64,000 bases of DNA from an uncultured Chloroflexia bacterium (GCA_963706695.1 CAVPNC010000006.1:134361-198360), one strand, 5' to 3'. Positions 9,962-20,157 are shown, counted from the first letter of the stretch. Notes: generated by a model from the sequence alone, not told the origin. Translations and numbers: made by a program.

Positions 9962-10933
9962 GTGGGGCCTGACGATGGGACATCCGCAGCCGGGACCTGG
10001 CTGGAGCTGTCCATCGAGTGCGACCAGGAGGCCGTGGAGGCGGTGAGCGAGATCCTCTCGCGGGCGGCTCCCGGTGGCGTCTCCGTGGAGCAACCCTTCG
10101 CGACCGAGCAGGAAGGCCTGGCGGCTTCGCCCATCCTCGATGCCCCGGTCACCATCCGGGCCTACCTGCCGGCCCTCGACATGACCGCCGCCGAGGCCGC
10201 CATCGCCGTGGCCCGGGAGCGCCTGGGCCACCTCACCGCCTTCGACTTGCGTCCCATCGGCGAGCTGCACGTGTCCGAGGTCCACGAGGAGGACTGGGCC
10301 AGCGCCTGGAAGGAGCACTTCCCGGTCATGCATCTGGGGCGGCGCATCGTCATCAAGCCCACCTGGCGTGACTATCAGCCGGCAGCCGACGACGTCATCA
10401 TCGCGCTGGATCCGGGGATGGCCTTCGGCACCGGCCTTCACCCCACCACGCGGCTGTGCCTCGCGGGGCTCGAGCGCTGGGCCGATGACGGCATCGTGGA
10501 CGGGGCCGCGACCTTCGACGTCGGTTGCGGTTCGGGCATCCTGGCCGTGGCCGCTGCGCTGCTCGGAGCCGGACCCGTGCGAGCCGTGGACACGGACCCC
10601 ATCGCCGTCGAGGCGACCGTGCAGAACGCTGCCCGCAACGGGGTCGAGGTCAGCGCCAGCCGCGGCAGCCTGCCCCTTGACGAGGGTCCCTTCGACCTCG
10701 TCCTGGCCAACCTCGTGGCCAGCATCCTCATCGAGCTGGCGGCGCTCCTGGCGGACGCGGTCCGGCCCGGGGACGGCACCCCCGGCAGCGGCGGTCGACT
10801 GCTGGCCTCGGGCATCTTCATCGACCGTGAGCCGGAGGTGCGACGCGCCTTCCTGGCGGCCGGACTCCGCGTCGTGCACCGTGAACAGGAGTCCGAGTGG
10901 GTGGCGCTGGACCTGGAGCGCCCTGGCCCATGA
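9962..10933 (+). CDS. prmA: ribosomal protein L11 methyltransferase
   Basis: 323 aa with PrmA family motifs (IDPGMAFGTGLHPTT, DVGCGSGILA). Classic dnaJ-prmA adjacency. Confidence 0.8.
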   Translation: MGPDDGTSAAGTWLELSIECDQEAVEAVSEILSRAAPGGVSVEQPFATEQEGLAASPILDAPVTIRAYLPALDMTAAEAAIAVARERLGHLTAFDLRPIGELHVSEVHEEDWASAWKEHFPVMHLGRRIVIKPTWRDYQPAADDVIIALDPGMAFGTGLHPTTRLCLAGLERWADDGIVDGAATFDVGCGSGILAVAAALLGAGPVRAVDTDPIAVEATVQNAARNGVEVSASRGSLPLDEGPFDLVLANLVASILIELAALLADAVRPGDGTPGSGGRLLASGIFIDREPEVRRAFLAAGLRVVHREQESEWVALDLERPGP

Positions 10934-11418
10934 CCATCCCGGGCGAGTGGTTCCCGATCCTGCTCACCACGCACATCATCCTGGCCATCTCGCTCTTCGT
11001 GCCCTCGTTCGCGCTGCCCTTTACGATGCGCACCCGGGGCATCGACGGGGACCCCGTCGTGGGCGGCAGCCGGGGGCGGTCCGTGCGCGTCCTCATCTGG
11101 CTGGAGGCGCATGGCACGCTCATCATCGGTGCGGGCGTGGCCACCACCGGCATCCTTATGTTGCTCATCCTCGGCTCGGCCTTCCTCAACCAGCCGTGGC
11201 TGCTGCTGGGCATCTCGATCTACGCCACCATCCTGCTGGTCTCGTTCTTCGTGCAGCGGCCCGGCGTGCGTCGGTTGCTTGGGCTCAAGGCGGCCGCGAC
11301 GGAGGAAGAGAAGGAGCGATGGCGTGTCAGGGCTCGCCGTCAGCGCTATCTCAGCTACGGCATGGCCGCCGCCATCGGTCTTATCGGGTGGCTCATGATG
11401 AGCAAGCCCACGTTCTGA
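10930..11418 (+). CDS. small integral membrane protein (DUF2269-like, 4 TM)
   Basis: The ATG at 10930 overlaps the prmA stop (ATGA). The product is hydrophobic with four predicted TM helices. Confidence 0.5.
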   Translation: MTIPGEWFPILLTTHIILAISLFVPSFALPFTMRTRGIDGDPVVGGSRGRSVRVLIWLEAHGTLIIGAGVATTGILMLLILGSAFLNQPWLLLGISIYATILLVSFFVQRPGVRRLLGLKAAATEEEKERWRVRARRQRYLSYGMAAAIGLIGWLMMSKPTF

Positions 11419-11435
11419 GCCACGAGGATGAAGCC

Positions 11436-11786
11436 GTGACCCGCGCCGACTGCCTGTTCTGCAAGATCATCGCCCGCGAGATCCCGTCCGACGTCGTCTA
11501 CGAGGACGAGCTCGTGCTTGCCTTCGCCGATATCGATCCGGTCGCGCCCGTGCATCAGCTGATCATCCCCAAGCACCACATCGCTTCCGCGGCCGAGCTG
11601 TCGCAGGCCGATGCCGAGCTCCTGGGCCGGCTCTTCGGGGTCGCCGCCGAGCTGGCGCGCACGGCTGGGCTGCCGGCCTCGGGCTACCGCCTCGTGACCA
11701 ACGTCGGTGCTGATGGCGGCCAGTCGGTGGACCACCTGCACTTCCACCTCATCGGTGGTCGTGCCATGCGCTGGCCCCCGGGTTGA
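11436..11786 (+). CDS. HIT family (histidine triad) nucleotide hydrolase
   Basis: 116 aa from GTG 11436, with the HIT motif HLHFHLIGG and an N-terminal CLFCKII. Confidence 0.8.
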   Translation: MTRADCLFCKIIAREIPSDVVYEDELVLAFADIDPVAPVHQLIIPKHHIASAAELSQADAELLGRLFGVAAELARTAGLPASGYRLVTNVGADGGQSVDHLHFHLIGGRAMRWPPG

Positions 11787-11793
11787 GCGGGTC

Positions 11794-12336
11794 GTGACTC
11801 GCTTGCGGCTGCTGGGCGCGCTGGTGTTGGCGCTGCCCCTCGCCCTCGCCGCCTGTACCAGCCCCGACCGCCCCTCGGTGGTCCCGGACGAGGTGTCGCT
11901 GCCCACGCCCGTGCGCTCCTTCGATGCCTCGGTCGGGCGGTCGCTGGCAGCGATCGAGGCGGCCCTGCTCGCGAGCGGTGAGCGCCTGGGGCTGCCCGTG
12001 AGCGCGTATCGGCCCTCGGAGCCGGAGTCGTTGCTGCAGACGCCGCGCGTCATCCGCCGCGTGGAGCTCGCCGATGCCGATGACGGCTACGTCGTCATCT
12101 ACGAGGCCGGCGGGCGCGGCGCGGCGCTGGAGCGTGCGTCGGAGCTGGCCGACTACGTGGCGTCGGGCTTCGGGCAGACCAACTTCCCGGCGGACACCCA
12201 GTTCTCCGTGGCCACGCTCGAGGACACCGTCATCTTCACCACCTGGTCCCAGCGTCGCTCCGACGACCCCGAGCGGGCGGAAGCAGCCTTCGAGGCCATC
12301 GCCAGCGTGGGCACCCCGCTCGAGATCAGCAAGTAG
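11794..12336 (+). CDS. putative lipoprotein (hypothetical)
   Basis: GTG at 11794. It has a signal peptide with a lipobox (LALAAC). No recognisable catalytic motifs. Confidence 0.5.
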   Translation: MTRLRLLGALVLALPLALAACTSPDRPSVVPDEVSLPTPVRSFDASVGRSLAAIEAALLASGERLGLPVSAYRPSEPESLLQTPRVIRRVELADADDGYVVIYEAGGRGAALERASELADYVASGFGQTNFPADTQFSVATLEDTVIFTTWSQRRSDDPERAEAAFEAIASVGTPLEISK

Positions 12337-12345
12337 GCCGCGCCG

Positions 12346-14040
12346 CTACTCGACCTCGCGCACCTGCAGGGCGGCGTCGCTGCCGGCCCACTCGCGCACG
12401 GGATTGCGCCTGATCTTCATGGTGTGGGTCCGCGGGAAGTCCCGCTCGGGCCACAGGCGCCAGGCGGCGATGCGTTGGGACATGGAGAGGTCGGCGTTGG
12501 CTGCCTTGACCGCGGCGTCGATCTCGGCCCGCAGGGCCTCATCGAGCGGCCGGTCGTTGGCCGCCTCCTGGTCCGCGCGCAGGATGGGCACCGAGCCGGG
12601 CGGCAGCACGACCGCCTCGATGCGCCCGGGCTTCGTCTCGAGCACCACCGCCTGGCCGATGCCGTGGTCGGCCAGGGCGGCCTCGATGTCCTCGGGGAAG
12701 ACGTTGAGGCCGTTGGGCAGCACGATGATGTTCTTGAGTCGGCCCGAGAGGCGCAGGTCGCCATCGGCGGTGAACTCGCCGGTGTCGCCCATGCGGTACC
12801 AACCGTCGGCGGTGCGCGAGGCCGTGGTGTTGGCCTCGTCGCGCCAGTAGCCGGGCGAGACGCCCGGGCCCCGCACCTGGATCTCGTGTGTCTCCGGGTC
12901 GATGCGCACGTCGACACCGTCGTGCGCGCGGCCGACCAGTCCCGGCGGGTGATGCCACTCGTCGTTGGCCACAGCGAAGCCGACCTCGGTCGAGCCGTAG
13001 CCCTGCAGGACCACGATGCCGATGTCCTCCCACGCCTGCTGCAGCTCCGGCGGGAGGTAGGAGCCCGACGAGACCATCAGGTCGAGACGGCCGCCGAAGG
13101 GCGCGTGGAGCGGACGGAACAGGATCCGTCGCGCGCGGTAGGGCAGGTGACGGGTGATCCGGCGCGCCCGGGACACCAGCGACCCCAGGCCGCGCTGCTC
13201 GATCCGGCGGGTGATCGCCACCCACAGCAGCTCGAGCAGCTGGGGCGTGCCCACGATGGCGTTCGCGCCGAGCTCGCGCATGGCCTCCACGATGACGCGC
13301 GGGTTGCGCGAGCGGACGTACACGATCTCGGCGCCCATCATCGTGCCGAAGAGGAGCGTCGAGACCTGTTCGAGCAGATGTGACAGGGGCAGGATCGAGA
13401 CCGCCCTGAGATGGCGCGGCCGCAGGAGCCTGGAGAACATGCCCATCGTCTCGAGCACGTTGCCATGGGTCAGCAGGACGCCTTTGGGGTCGGCCGTGGT
13501 GCCGGAGGTGAAGTGGATCTCGAAGAGCGAGTCGCGATCGGGCCCATCCCAGGCCGCGATGCGTGCCTCCCAGTCAGCGGGCCAGTCCGGATCGGGATCG
13601 GCGGTGAGCTCGTTGAGCCGCAGGACCTGCAGGCCGGTGAGGCCAGCCTGCTCGGGGTCGGGAGCGTCGTAGCCTTCGTCGACCGCGATGACGCCCACCT
13701 CGGTGAGGCCGGCGATGCGCTCGATGACCGCCGTGGTCATGCGCAGGTCGACCGGGACCAGCACGATCCCGGCCCGCATCGCACCCCAGTAGACCGCGGG
13801 CAAGGTGGGCGTCGAGGGGGACCAGGTCATGAGGCGGTCACCCGGCTGCAGGCCGGCCGCCCGCAGGCGCCACGCGGCCAACAGCGACCGACGCTGCATC
13901 TCCCGCGCCGTCCACGCAAGGGCCATGCCCGAGTCGAGGCGCAGCGCGTACATCACGCGATCGGCGGGATAGCGTTCAGCGGCATCGTCGATGATGCCGA
14001 CGAGCGAGTCATAGCCGGAGGCGTGGGGGAACGCGGTCAT
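12346..14040 (-). CDS. AMP-dependent synthetase/ligase (long-chain fatty-acid--CoA ligase-like)
   Basis: 564 aa from the Met at 14040. It carries the AMP-binding motifs FTSGTTADPKGV, YGSTE and WYRMGDTG. Confidence 0.75.
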   Translation of the reverse strand: MTAFPHASGYDSLVGIIDDAAERYPADRVMYALRLDSGMALAWTAREMQRRSLLAAWRLRAAGLQPGDRLMTWSPSTPTLPAVYWGAMRAGIVLVPVDLRMTTAVIERIAGLTEVGVIAVDEGYDAPDPEQAGLTGLQVLRLNELTADPDPDWPADWEARIAAWDGPDRDSLFEIHFTSGTTADPKGVLLTHGNVLETMGMFSRLLRPRHLRAVSILPLSHLLEQVSTLLFGTMMGAEIVYVRSRNPRVIVEAMRELGANAIVGTPQLLELLWVAITRRIEQRGLGSLVSRARRITRHLPYRARRILFRPLHAPFGGRLDLMVSSGSYLPPELQQAWEDIGIVVLQGYGSTEVGFAVANDEWHHPPGLVGRAHDGVDVRIDPETHEIQVRGPGVSPGYWRDEANTTASRTADGWYRMGDTGEFTADGDLRLSGRLKNIIVLPNGLNVFPEDIEAALADHGIGQAVVLETKPGRIEAVVLPPGSVPILRADQEAANDRPLDEALRAEIDAAVKAANADLSMSQRIAAWRLWPERDFPRTHTMKIRRNPVREWAGSDAALQVREVE

Positions 14041-14123
14041 GGCCGCGAAGTGTAGCGGCGGGCAGACCATGCCGGTGGTGCCCGCTGCCCGCGGTGCGGA
14101 CGGCAGCGCCGCTGACCTGCGCC

Positions 14124-15662
14124 CTACGACTCCGAGGGCGGGCTCGGCTCCGGTGGGGCCGATGGAGCGGGCGTCGACGACGCGTCCGGTACCGCAGCCG
14201 GCGTCCCGGAGCCAGCCTCGAAGACGTCCCTGACCGCCTTCCGGATCCTGGACACCCTGGGCACGATGTCGTAGTCGGGTCGGGTCACCGAGTACCCCTG
14301 GGCTGGCGAGAGCACCAGCGACGCGGGCTTGCGCGTATCCAGCTCCGTGGCCAGCAGCACGAGCTGCGGCAGGATCTTGGCCGGGATGTTGGTGGTGACG
14401 TACTCGTCGAACTGCTGCCGTAGCTCGCCGATGGTGCCCGGCTCGAGCAGGGACTCGAGGTTGACCTGGTCCTTGAGCGACTCCACCACGTACTGCTGGC
14501 GAGCCGCACGGTCGAAGTCAGAGGTGGACTTGCGCGAACGCGCGTAGGCCAGGGCCTCCTGGCCGTTCATGCGCTGGATCCCCGGCGGCACGTACAGCTT
14601 CAGCTTGCCGCGTCCGTCGGCGGCGGCATAGGCGTTGTCCAGGAGCGGCAGGGGCACGTCCACGACGAGGCCCCCGAAGGCGTTGACAGCGCCGCGGAAG
14701 CTGTTGAGGTCGACGGCCACGTAGTACTGGATGTCGAGCCGGTAGAGCTCGGAAAGGGCTCCCATCAGCGCGCGGTAGCCGCGGTTGAGGTCATTGCCCG
14801 GGAAGAGGTCGTCCCGCAGGCGGGCGGTGATGTAGAGCGAGTTGATCCGCGAGGCGTAGGTGTCGCCGAAGACGGCCCGGGCCTTGGCGAAGTCGGCGGT
14901 CCTGGGCAGCGGGACGTCGACCGTGTCGCGGGGCAGCGAGATGAAGGCCAGCCGACCTGTCTCGGGGTCGATGCTCACGACCATCATGGTGTCGGTCAGG
15001 AAGGTCTTCTCTCCCGGCCGGCCGCTGTCGAGGCCGACCAGCAGGATGTCGAGGCGCTGGCTCCGGTCCCAGGGCTCGATGCTGGGGTCGGGCGCTGCGC
15101 TGGAGCTCGCGGGCTCCGTGGTGCCATCGGTGCTGGCCGGCGCGCCCGTGGCCATGACGATGTCACGGATCCTCGCGGGCAGCTCGTCGAGCTCCGGGAT
15201 GGCGGTGGTGTCACCGCCGCCATCGAAGGTGCCCACCACGTCCTGGGCCAGGCGCACGGGCATGGCCACGGCCACGTGGCTGCCGACGAGGACGGCGGCC
15301 ATGACGACGAGGCCGAGGGCAGACGCTGAACGGGAGGTCGGCGTCCCGACCAGCGGGTCTCGGGCCAGGCGCCAGGCATCGAGCATGGCCGCCAGCCGAT
15401 AGAGCGCATCGAGGACGATGATGAGCATGACCGTGGTGAGCACGTCCGGGTCCACCAGCTGGGCCAGCGACTCCTTGGCGCCGTTGCCGACGATGAGGGA
15501 GGTGCCCACGACGAGAGCGGTGAGGGGCAGGACCATCCACAGCGCCGCCCGCAGCCAACGGCGCAGGTAAGCCTGGCCCAGGCCGGGCAGGAGGAAGGAG
15601 AGGAAGGCAGCGGTGAACGCGCTCCTCACGGGCTTGAGCGCGGCCTGTCCCTTGCTGGCCAT
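14124..15662 (-). CDS. LCP family protein (LytR-CpsA-Psr; cell-wall glycopolymer phosphotransferase)
   Basis: It has an N-terminal TM region and an LCP catalytic domain (LVGLDSGRPGEKTFLTDTMMVVSIDPETGRLAFISLPRDT). The C-terminal tail is Pro/Ser-rich. Start taken at Met 15662. Confidence 0.75.
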   Translation of the reverse strand: MASKGQAALKPVRSAFTAAFLSFLLPGLGQAYLRRWLRAALWMVLPLTALVVGTSLIVGNGAKESLAQLVDPDVLTTVMLIIVLDALYRLAAMLDAWRLARDPLVGTPTSRSASALGLVVMAAVLVGSHVAVAMPVRLAQDVVGTFDGGGDTTAIPELDELPARIRDIVMATGAPASTDGTTEPASSSAAPDPSIEPWDRSQRLDILLVGLDSGRPGEKTFLTDTMMVVSIDPETGRLAFISLPRDTVDVPLPRTADFAKARAVFGDTYASRINSLYITARLRDDLFPGNDLNRGYRALMGALSELYRLDIQYYVAVDLNSFRGAVNAFGGLVVDVPLPLLDNAYAAADGRGKLKLYVPPGIQRMNGQEALAYARSRKSTSDFDRAARQQYVVESLKDQVNLESLLEPGTIGELRQQFDEYVTTNIPAKILPQLVLLATELDTRKPASLVLSPAQGYSVTRPDYDIVPRVSRIRKAVRDVFEAGSGTPAAVPDASSTPAPSAPPEPSPPSES

Positions 15663-16229
15663 GCGGCAGCGGCACCCCTCTTGACGACGCGTGCGCCACG
15701 GCAGCGCACCCCCCAAGCGTGGGGCTTCCGCTCGCGCGAATCAAGTCCCGCCCGGTGTCGAGGGGGCGAAGAGACCTTCACGTCGGACATCGGCGTCCGG
15801 CACACCGACACTCGGCCCATGAACGGAGAGCGACTGGCGCACGGGCAGCAAGCAGACGCTGAGGGTGAACGCCATCGCGCCCGTGCTGCTGGCACTCGGC
15901 GCGGCGCTGCATCCGGTCCGCGGGGTGCGGGCACTGCTGGCCCTCCACGCGCTCGATGCCATGTCCCCGGCCGTGGTCCAGGGCATCTCGCTCGTGCGCG
16001 GGAGACGCCGGGACTGACGCTCGGGTCAGCCGCTGGGGTCGTGGTCCCCCACGCCGGCCAGCGCATGGGGGAGGAGTACCTCCGGGCCGTTTGACCGCTC
16101 GTGAGCGCGTCCACTACACTCCAGCCCGGCCTGCTTGCGCGGTTTCGACTCGCGCGAGGCTTCCCCGTCGGTCCTGGTCCCGGCGGTCGAGTGCGGCCTG
16201 ATACCGACCAGTGGGAGGTGATTTCCTAG

Positions 16230-16409
16230 TTGGCAGAAGTCCGAGTCGGTGAGAACGAGACCTTCGAGGCTGCCCTGCGACGCTTCAACAAGAAGATCCA
16301 GCAGAGCGGCATCCTCGCAGAGGCACGACGCCGTGAGCATTTCGAGAAGCCGAGCGTCAAGCGCAAGCGCAAGGAAGCGAAGCGGAAGAAGGTGGCGCGC
16401 GGCGAGTAA
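16230..16409 (+). CDS. rpsU: 30S ribosomal protein S21
   Basis: Absent from the ORF track because it is TTG-started and 59 aa. It translates to [59 protein letters not shown], a close match to the bS21 consensus (IKVRENE-F-ALRRF...AEVRRREFYEKP). A GGGAGG RBS lies 10 nt upstream. Confidence 0.8.
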   Translation: MAEVRVGENETFEAALRRFNKKIQQSGILAEARRREHFEKPSVKRKRKEAKRKKVARGE

Positions 16410-16472
16410 GCCCCGCCCCTAGAGACCCAAGGTCCGAGCCCCCTCCACCTGCCCTATGAGAGGAGGTCCGCC

Positions 16473-16934
16473 ATGAGCCTTACCGAACAGCTCCAGGCTG
16501 ACATGAAGACTGCCATGCGTGATGGCGACGCGCACCGACGCGACACCCTGCGCATGGTGATCGCGGCTGCCCAGAATGCGGCCAAGGAGAAGCGTGCGCC
16601 GCTCTCGGACGAGGAGACGCTCGCGGTCATCTCCAGGCAGGTGAAGACGCGTCGGGAGTCGGTCACGGCATACCGTGATGCGGGTCGTGACGACCTCGCG
16701 GACAAGGAGCAATCGGAGATCGACGTGCTCCAGCCGTACCTGCCACAGCAGATGGGTGAGGATGCGGTCCGAGCCCTCGTCGTCGAAGCCGTGGCCGCCA
16801 CCGGCGCCACGTCGCCCCGTGACATGGGCAAGGTCATGGGCGCCCTGATGCCCAAGGTGAAGGGCCGTGCCGACGGCAAGCTCGTGAGCAGCCTGGTCAA
16901 CGAAGAACTGGCCAAGGCGGCCGCGGCCTCGTAG
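16473..16934 (+). CDS. yqeY: GatB/YqeY domain-containing protein
   Basis: 153 aa with the YqeY signature (MSLTEQLQADMKTAMRDGD...TLRMV). Conserved position downstream of rpsU. Confidence 0.8.
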   Translation: MSLTEQLQADMKTAMRDGDAHRRDTLRMVIAAAQNAAKEKRAPLSDEETLAVISRQVKTRRESVTAYRDAGRDDLADKEQSEIDVLQPYLPQQMGEDAVRALVVEAVAATGATSPRDMGKVMGALMPKVKGRADGKLVSSLVNEELAKAAAAS

Positions 16935-16943
16935 GCTTCACCC

Positions 16944-18443
16944 ATGCTGGCACGCCGGGGGAGCCAGATCCTCGCATTCACCAGGCGAGACGCCGTCCGC
17001 CTGGGGCTGCTTTCCACCCTGCTCGTGGCCGGACTGACGTTGGTGCTGGCCTTCAGCGACCTCACCTCCATGTCCGGGACCGACGACTACCTCGCGGTCT
17101 TCGGCTGGCTCTTGCTCTCCATCGCGGTCGTGACCACGCTCATGGCCTGGATGTGGCGCTTCCGCTCCCGCCTGTGGCACCGCAACAACGCCATGCTCCT
17201 GCTGGCACTGGCCCTGCTCACGGCCACGACCCTGCTGGTCGTCACCGGCGAGGGCACCGTGTCCCCCTTCCTGGTGCCCACCTTCGCGGTCGGGCTGCTG
17301 CTCTCGGTCCTGCTCGACTCCGGCGTGGCCAGCGTGGCCACGGCCATGGTCGCGGTCATGGCCGGCGTCATCACCGGCTCCATGGACCTGGCGGCCTATA
17401 CCCTGCTCGGCGGGCTCGTGGGTACGATCGTCATCGGACGGGGCGAGCGCCTCGCCCAGTTCGTGCAGGCCGGCGCTGCCATCACCGCCGCCAACGTGGC
17501 GGTGGTCACGGCCTTCACCATCATCACCGGCTCGCAGGACCTCGAGATCTACGTGCAGCTGCTGGCCGCGTCGGCCATCTCCGCCTTCGGGGCCGCGGTG
17601 GCAGCGGCCGGCACGTTCGCGGTCCTGGGCAGCGTCTTCGGCATCACCACCTCCTACCAGCTGCTGGAGCTGGCCAACCCCACCCAGCCCCTGCTGCGAC
17701 GGTTGCTGCTCGAGGCCCCGGGCACGTATCACCACTCGCTGATGGTGGGCAACCTCGCCGAACAGGCAGCGGAAGCCATCGGTGCCGACGCGCTCGTCAC
17801 CCGCGTGGCGGCCTACTACCACGACGTCGGCAAGCTCTACGATCCGCTCCTCTTCATCGAGAACCAGGCCGGCGGCGAGAACGTGCACGACCAGCTGCCC
17901 CCCGAGGAGTCGGCTGCCATGATCGTGGGCCACGTGGCGCGTGGCATCGACATCGCCTACCAGTACAAGCTGCCCAAGGCCCTCATCGGTTTCATCCCGC
18001 AGCACCATGGCACCGCGCTCATGGGCTACTTCTACGCCAAGGCCCGCCAGATCGCCGCCGCTGAAGCCGGTGCGCCGCTGAGCACGCCGGCGGGCAAGGA
18101 GGCCGCGGACAAGGTCGACCCCCGTCGCTTCCGGCACGCCGGGCCCAAGCCCCAGACACGTGAGGCCGCCATCCTGATGCTGGCCGATAGCGTGGAAGCC
18201 TCGGTGCGTTCGCTGGCCAGCCATGATGAGCCGGCCATCCGGGCCATGGTCAGTCAGATCATCGGCGACCGTCTCATCGACGGCCAGTTCGATGAGTGCG
18301 ATCTGACCCTGCGTGACCTCGACCGCATCCGTGAGTCGTTCATCGAGCAGCTGCTCGCGATGTACCACCGCCGCATCGCCTATCCCACCAACAAGATCGT
18401 CGAGCTCGAGTCACGGCGACCCGTGGAGCGCAAGGGGGCTTGA
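16944..18443 (+). CDS. HD family phosphohydrolase with an N-terminal 7TM region (YqfF/PgpH-like)
   Basis: The N-terminal half is polytopic membrane. The C-terminal HD domain has the H..HD metal motifs (HHSLMVGNLAE...YYHDVGK, GHV..G). Conserved yqeY-pgpH-ybeY synteny. Confidence 0.75.
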   Translation: MLARRGSQILAFTRRDAVRLGLLSTLLVAGLTLVLAFSDLTSMSGTDDYLAVFGWLLLSIAVVTTLMAWMWRFRSRLWHRNNAMLLLALALLTATTLLVVTGEGTVSPFLVPTFAVGLLLSVLLDSGVASVATAMVAVMAGVITGSMDLAAYTLLGGLVGTIVIGRGERLAQFVQAGAAITAANVAVVTAFTIITGSQDLEIYVQLLAASAISAFGAAVAAAGTFAVLGSVFGITTSYQLLELANPTQPLLRRLLLEAPGTYHHSLMVGNLAEQAAEAIGADALVTRVAAYYHDVGKLYDPLLFIENQAGGENVHDQLPPEESAAMIVGHVARGIDIAYQYKLPKALIGFIPQHHGTALMGYFYAKARQIAAAEAGAPLSTPAGKEAADKVDPRRFRHAGPKPQTREAAILMLADSVEASVRSLASHDEPAIRAMVSQIIGDRLIDGQFDECDLTLRDLDRIRESFIEQLLAMYHRRIAYPTNKIVELESRRPVERKGA

Positions 18444-18994
18444 GCGAGGACCAGGGATCCGTGACCGTGGCGGTCGTGGTGCGGGCTGACGTGCCTGACC
18501 TGCTGCCGCTCGAGGAGTGTCAGCGGGTGCTCGCCGCAGCCGTGGAGGCGGCCGGTGCGCCCGTCGGCAGCACCATCACCCTGACGCTCTCGGACGACGC
18601 CGAGCTGGCCGCGCTCAATGCCGAGCACATGGGCAAGGAGGGACCGACCGACGTGCTCAGCTTCCCGCTGTTGCCGCCGTCCGCGTTCCCCCCGCACCCA
18701 GGCCAGGACCCCGCCGTGCGGGCAGCCGTCGAGGCCTTCCCCCTGCCACCCGACGAACCCGTGGACCTGGGCGACATCGTCGTCTCGGTCGAGCGCGCCC
18801 TCGACCAGGCGGAGGGCGGGGCCGGCGGTCAGACGAGCGACGTGCGCTGGGCGCCGGCCGATGAGCTGCGCTTGCTCATCACGCACGGTGGCCTGCACAT
18901 CTGCGGCTGGGATCACGCGGAGCCAGAGGAAGAAGCCGCCATGCGCGCCCTCGAGCGGCAGTTGTTGGCCGTGGACGAGGCGCAGCCCTCCTAG
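18440..18994 (+). CDS. ybeY: rRNA maturation RNase YbeY
   Basis: The TTG start overlaps the upstream stop. It has the YbeY metal-binding motif HGGLHICGWDH. Confidence 0.8.
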   Translation: MSEDQGSVTVAVVVRADVPDLLPLEECQRVLAAAVEAAGAPVGSTITLTLSDDAELAALNAEHMGKEGPTDVLSFPLLPPSAFPPHPGQDPAVRAAVEAFPLPPDEPVDLGDIVVSVERALDQAEGGAGGQTSDVRWAPADELRLLITHGGLHICGWDHAEPEEEAAMRALERQLLAVDEAQPS

Positions 18995-19005
18995 GCCCAC
19001 GCGGC

Positions 19006-20157
19006 CTAGGCTTCCAGCAGCGAGCCGGCGGCCATGAGCACGGTCGCCAGCAGTGCCAGCGCCAGCATCGGGCGTGCGCCCCATCGGCCAAGGCTCCAGT
19101 CCGGCTCCCGCACCGGACCGTACCGACGGGCGTTGACGTACATCGGGAGCGTGACCAGCGCGATGACGATGGCGGTCAGGCCGGCTGCCAGCTGCAGCCA
19201 GTCGAGGAAGCCGAGGCCGCCAAGGTAGAGCAGCAGCAGGCTCGGGACCGTGGCCGCAAGCCAGGCCGGGCGGAAGCCCACCGACAGTCGCTCGGCGATG
19301 ATGTCGGCCAGCGCCAGCGAGACGGCCCAGTAGGTGGTGAGCAGCGCAGCCATGATGAAGATCGCGCCGATGCCACCGGCCCATGGCCCGAGCTGGTCGG
19401 AGATGCCCACGATGGCCACCTCCGTCACGGGGTCGGAGACCGACAGCGCCACCGCTGCCACGACGGCGATGAGCAGGCCGTTGACGGCGAGGCCGCCGGC
19501 GACGGCCCGGGCGGCCGCCTGACCGTCGGGCGCGAGCCCCTTGACCACCTGCGGGACCGAGAAGAAGGCGTAGTAGCCGTACATCACCATCCCGAACAGG
19601 GCCAGCCCGTCGAGTGCCGACCCGCGCACGCTGAGGTCCAGGTCGATCGGTGCGCCGAGCGTGCCGGCCACGAGCACCACGACACAGCCAAGGAGGGCGA
19701 TCACGCCGGCGGTGGCGAAGATGCCGACCGCGCGCAGCCCGAAGAAGACGACGCCGGCGGAGACGACGTAGACGACGGCCTGCGACACCGGCTCCGGCAG
19801 CCCCGTGGCCTCGCTGACGATCTCCGCCTCGGCTGCCACGTAGGCCGCCAGCGCGGCCACGAAGGCGACCGTGAGCAGGCCGAAGACGAGCCACAGGAGT
19901 GGGCGACGTCCTGGTCGGTCGAGGACCCACATCCGCATCAGCTCGATGACCTGCAGCGGCTGGCCCGTGCGCAGCAGGATCTCGACGAGCATGAGGTGGA
20001 TGAACGTGGCCGCGCCGTAGGCCGTCACGAGGATGAGTGCGAGCGGCGCTGGTCCGACTCGCTCGGCGAGGTAGGGGACGGCCATGATGCCCGCGCCCAC
20101 GCCGGCACCGACCATCAGCGCGGTCGCCCGTCGTGGGGTCAGCTGTGGCTCGTTCAC
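19006..20157 (-). CDS. amino acid/polyamine-type permease (APC-like polytopic membrane transporter)
   Basis: 383 aa with 10-11 predicted TM helices. Its start overlaps the stop of the upstream gene. Confidence 0.55.
   Translation of the reverse strand: MNEPQLTPRRATALMVGAGVGAGIMAVPYLAERVGPAPLALILVTAYGAATFIHLMLVEILLRTGQPLQVIELMRMWVLDRPGRRPLLWLVFGLLTVAFVAALAAYVAAEAEIVSEATGLPEPVSQAVVYVVSAGVVFFGLRAVGIFATAGVIALLGCVVVLVAGTLGAPIDLDLSVRGSALDGLALFGMVMYGYYAFFSVPQVVKGLAPDGQAAARAVAGGLAVNGLLIAVVAAVALSVSDPVTEVAIVGISDQLGPWAGGIGAIFIMAALLTTYWAVSLALADIIAERLSVGFRPAWLAATVPSLLLLYLGGLGFLDWLQLAAGLTAIVIALVTLPMYVNARRYGPVREPDWSLGRWGARPMLALALLATVLMAAGSLLEA

Noticed and set aside
12074-12850. 258 aa ORF on + strand
   Set aside because: It is antisense to the acyl-CoA ligase gene (12346..14040), with a low-complexity Ser/Arg/Ala translation.
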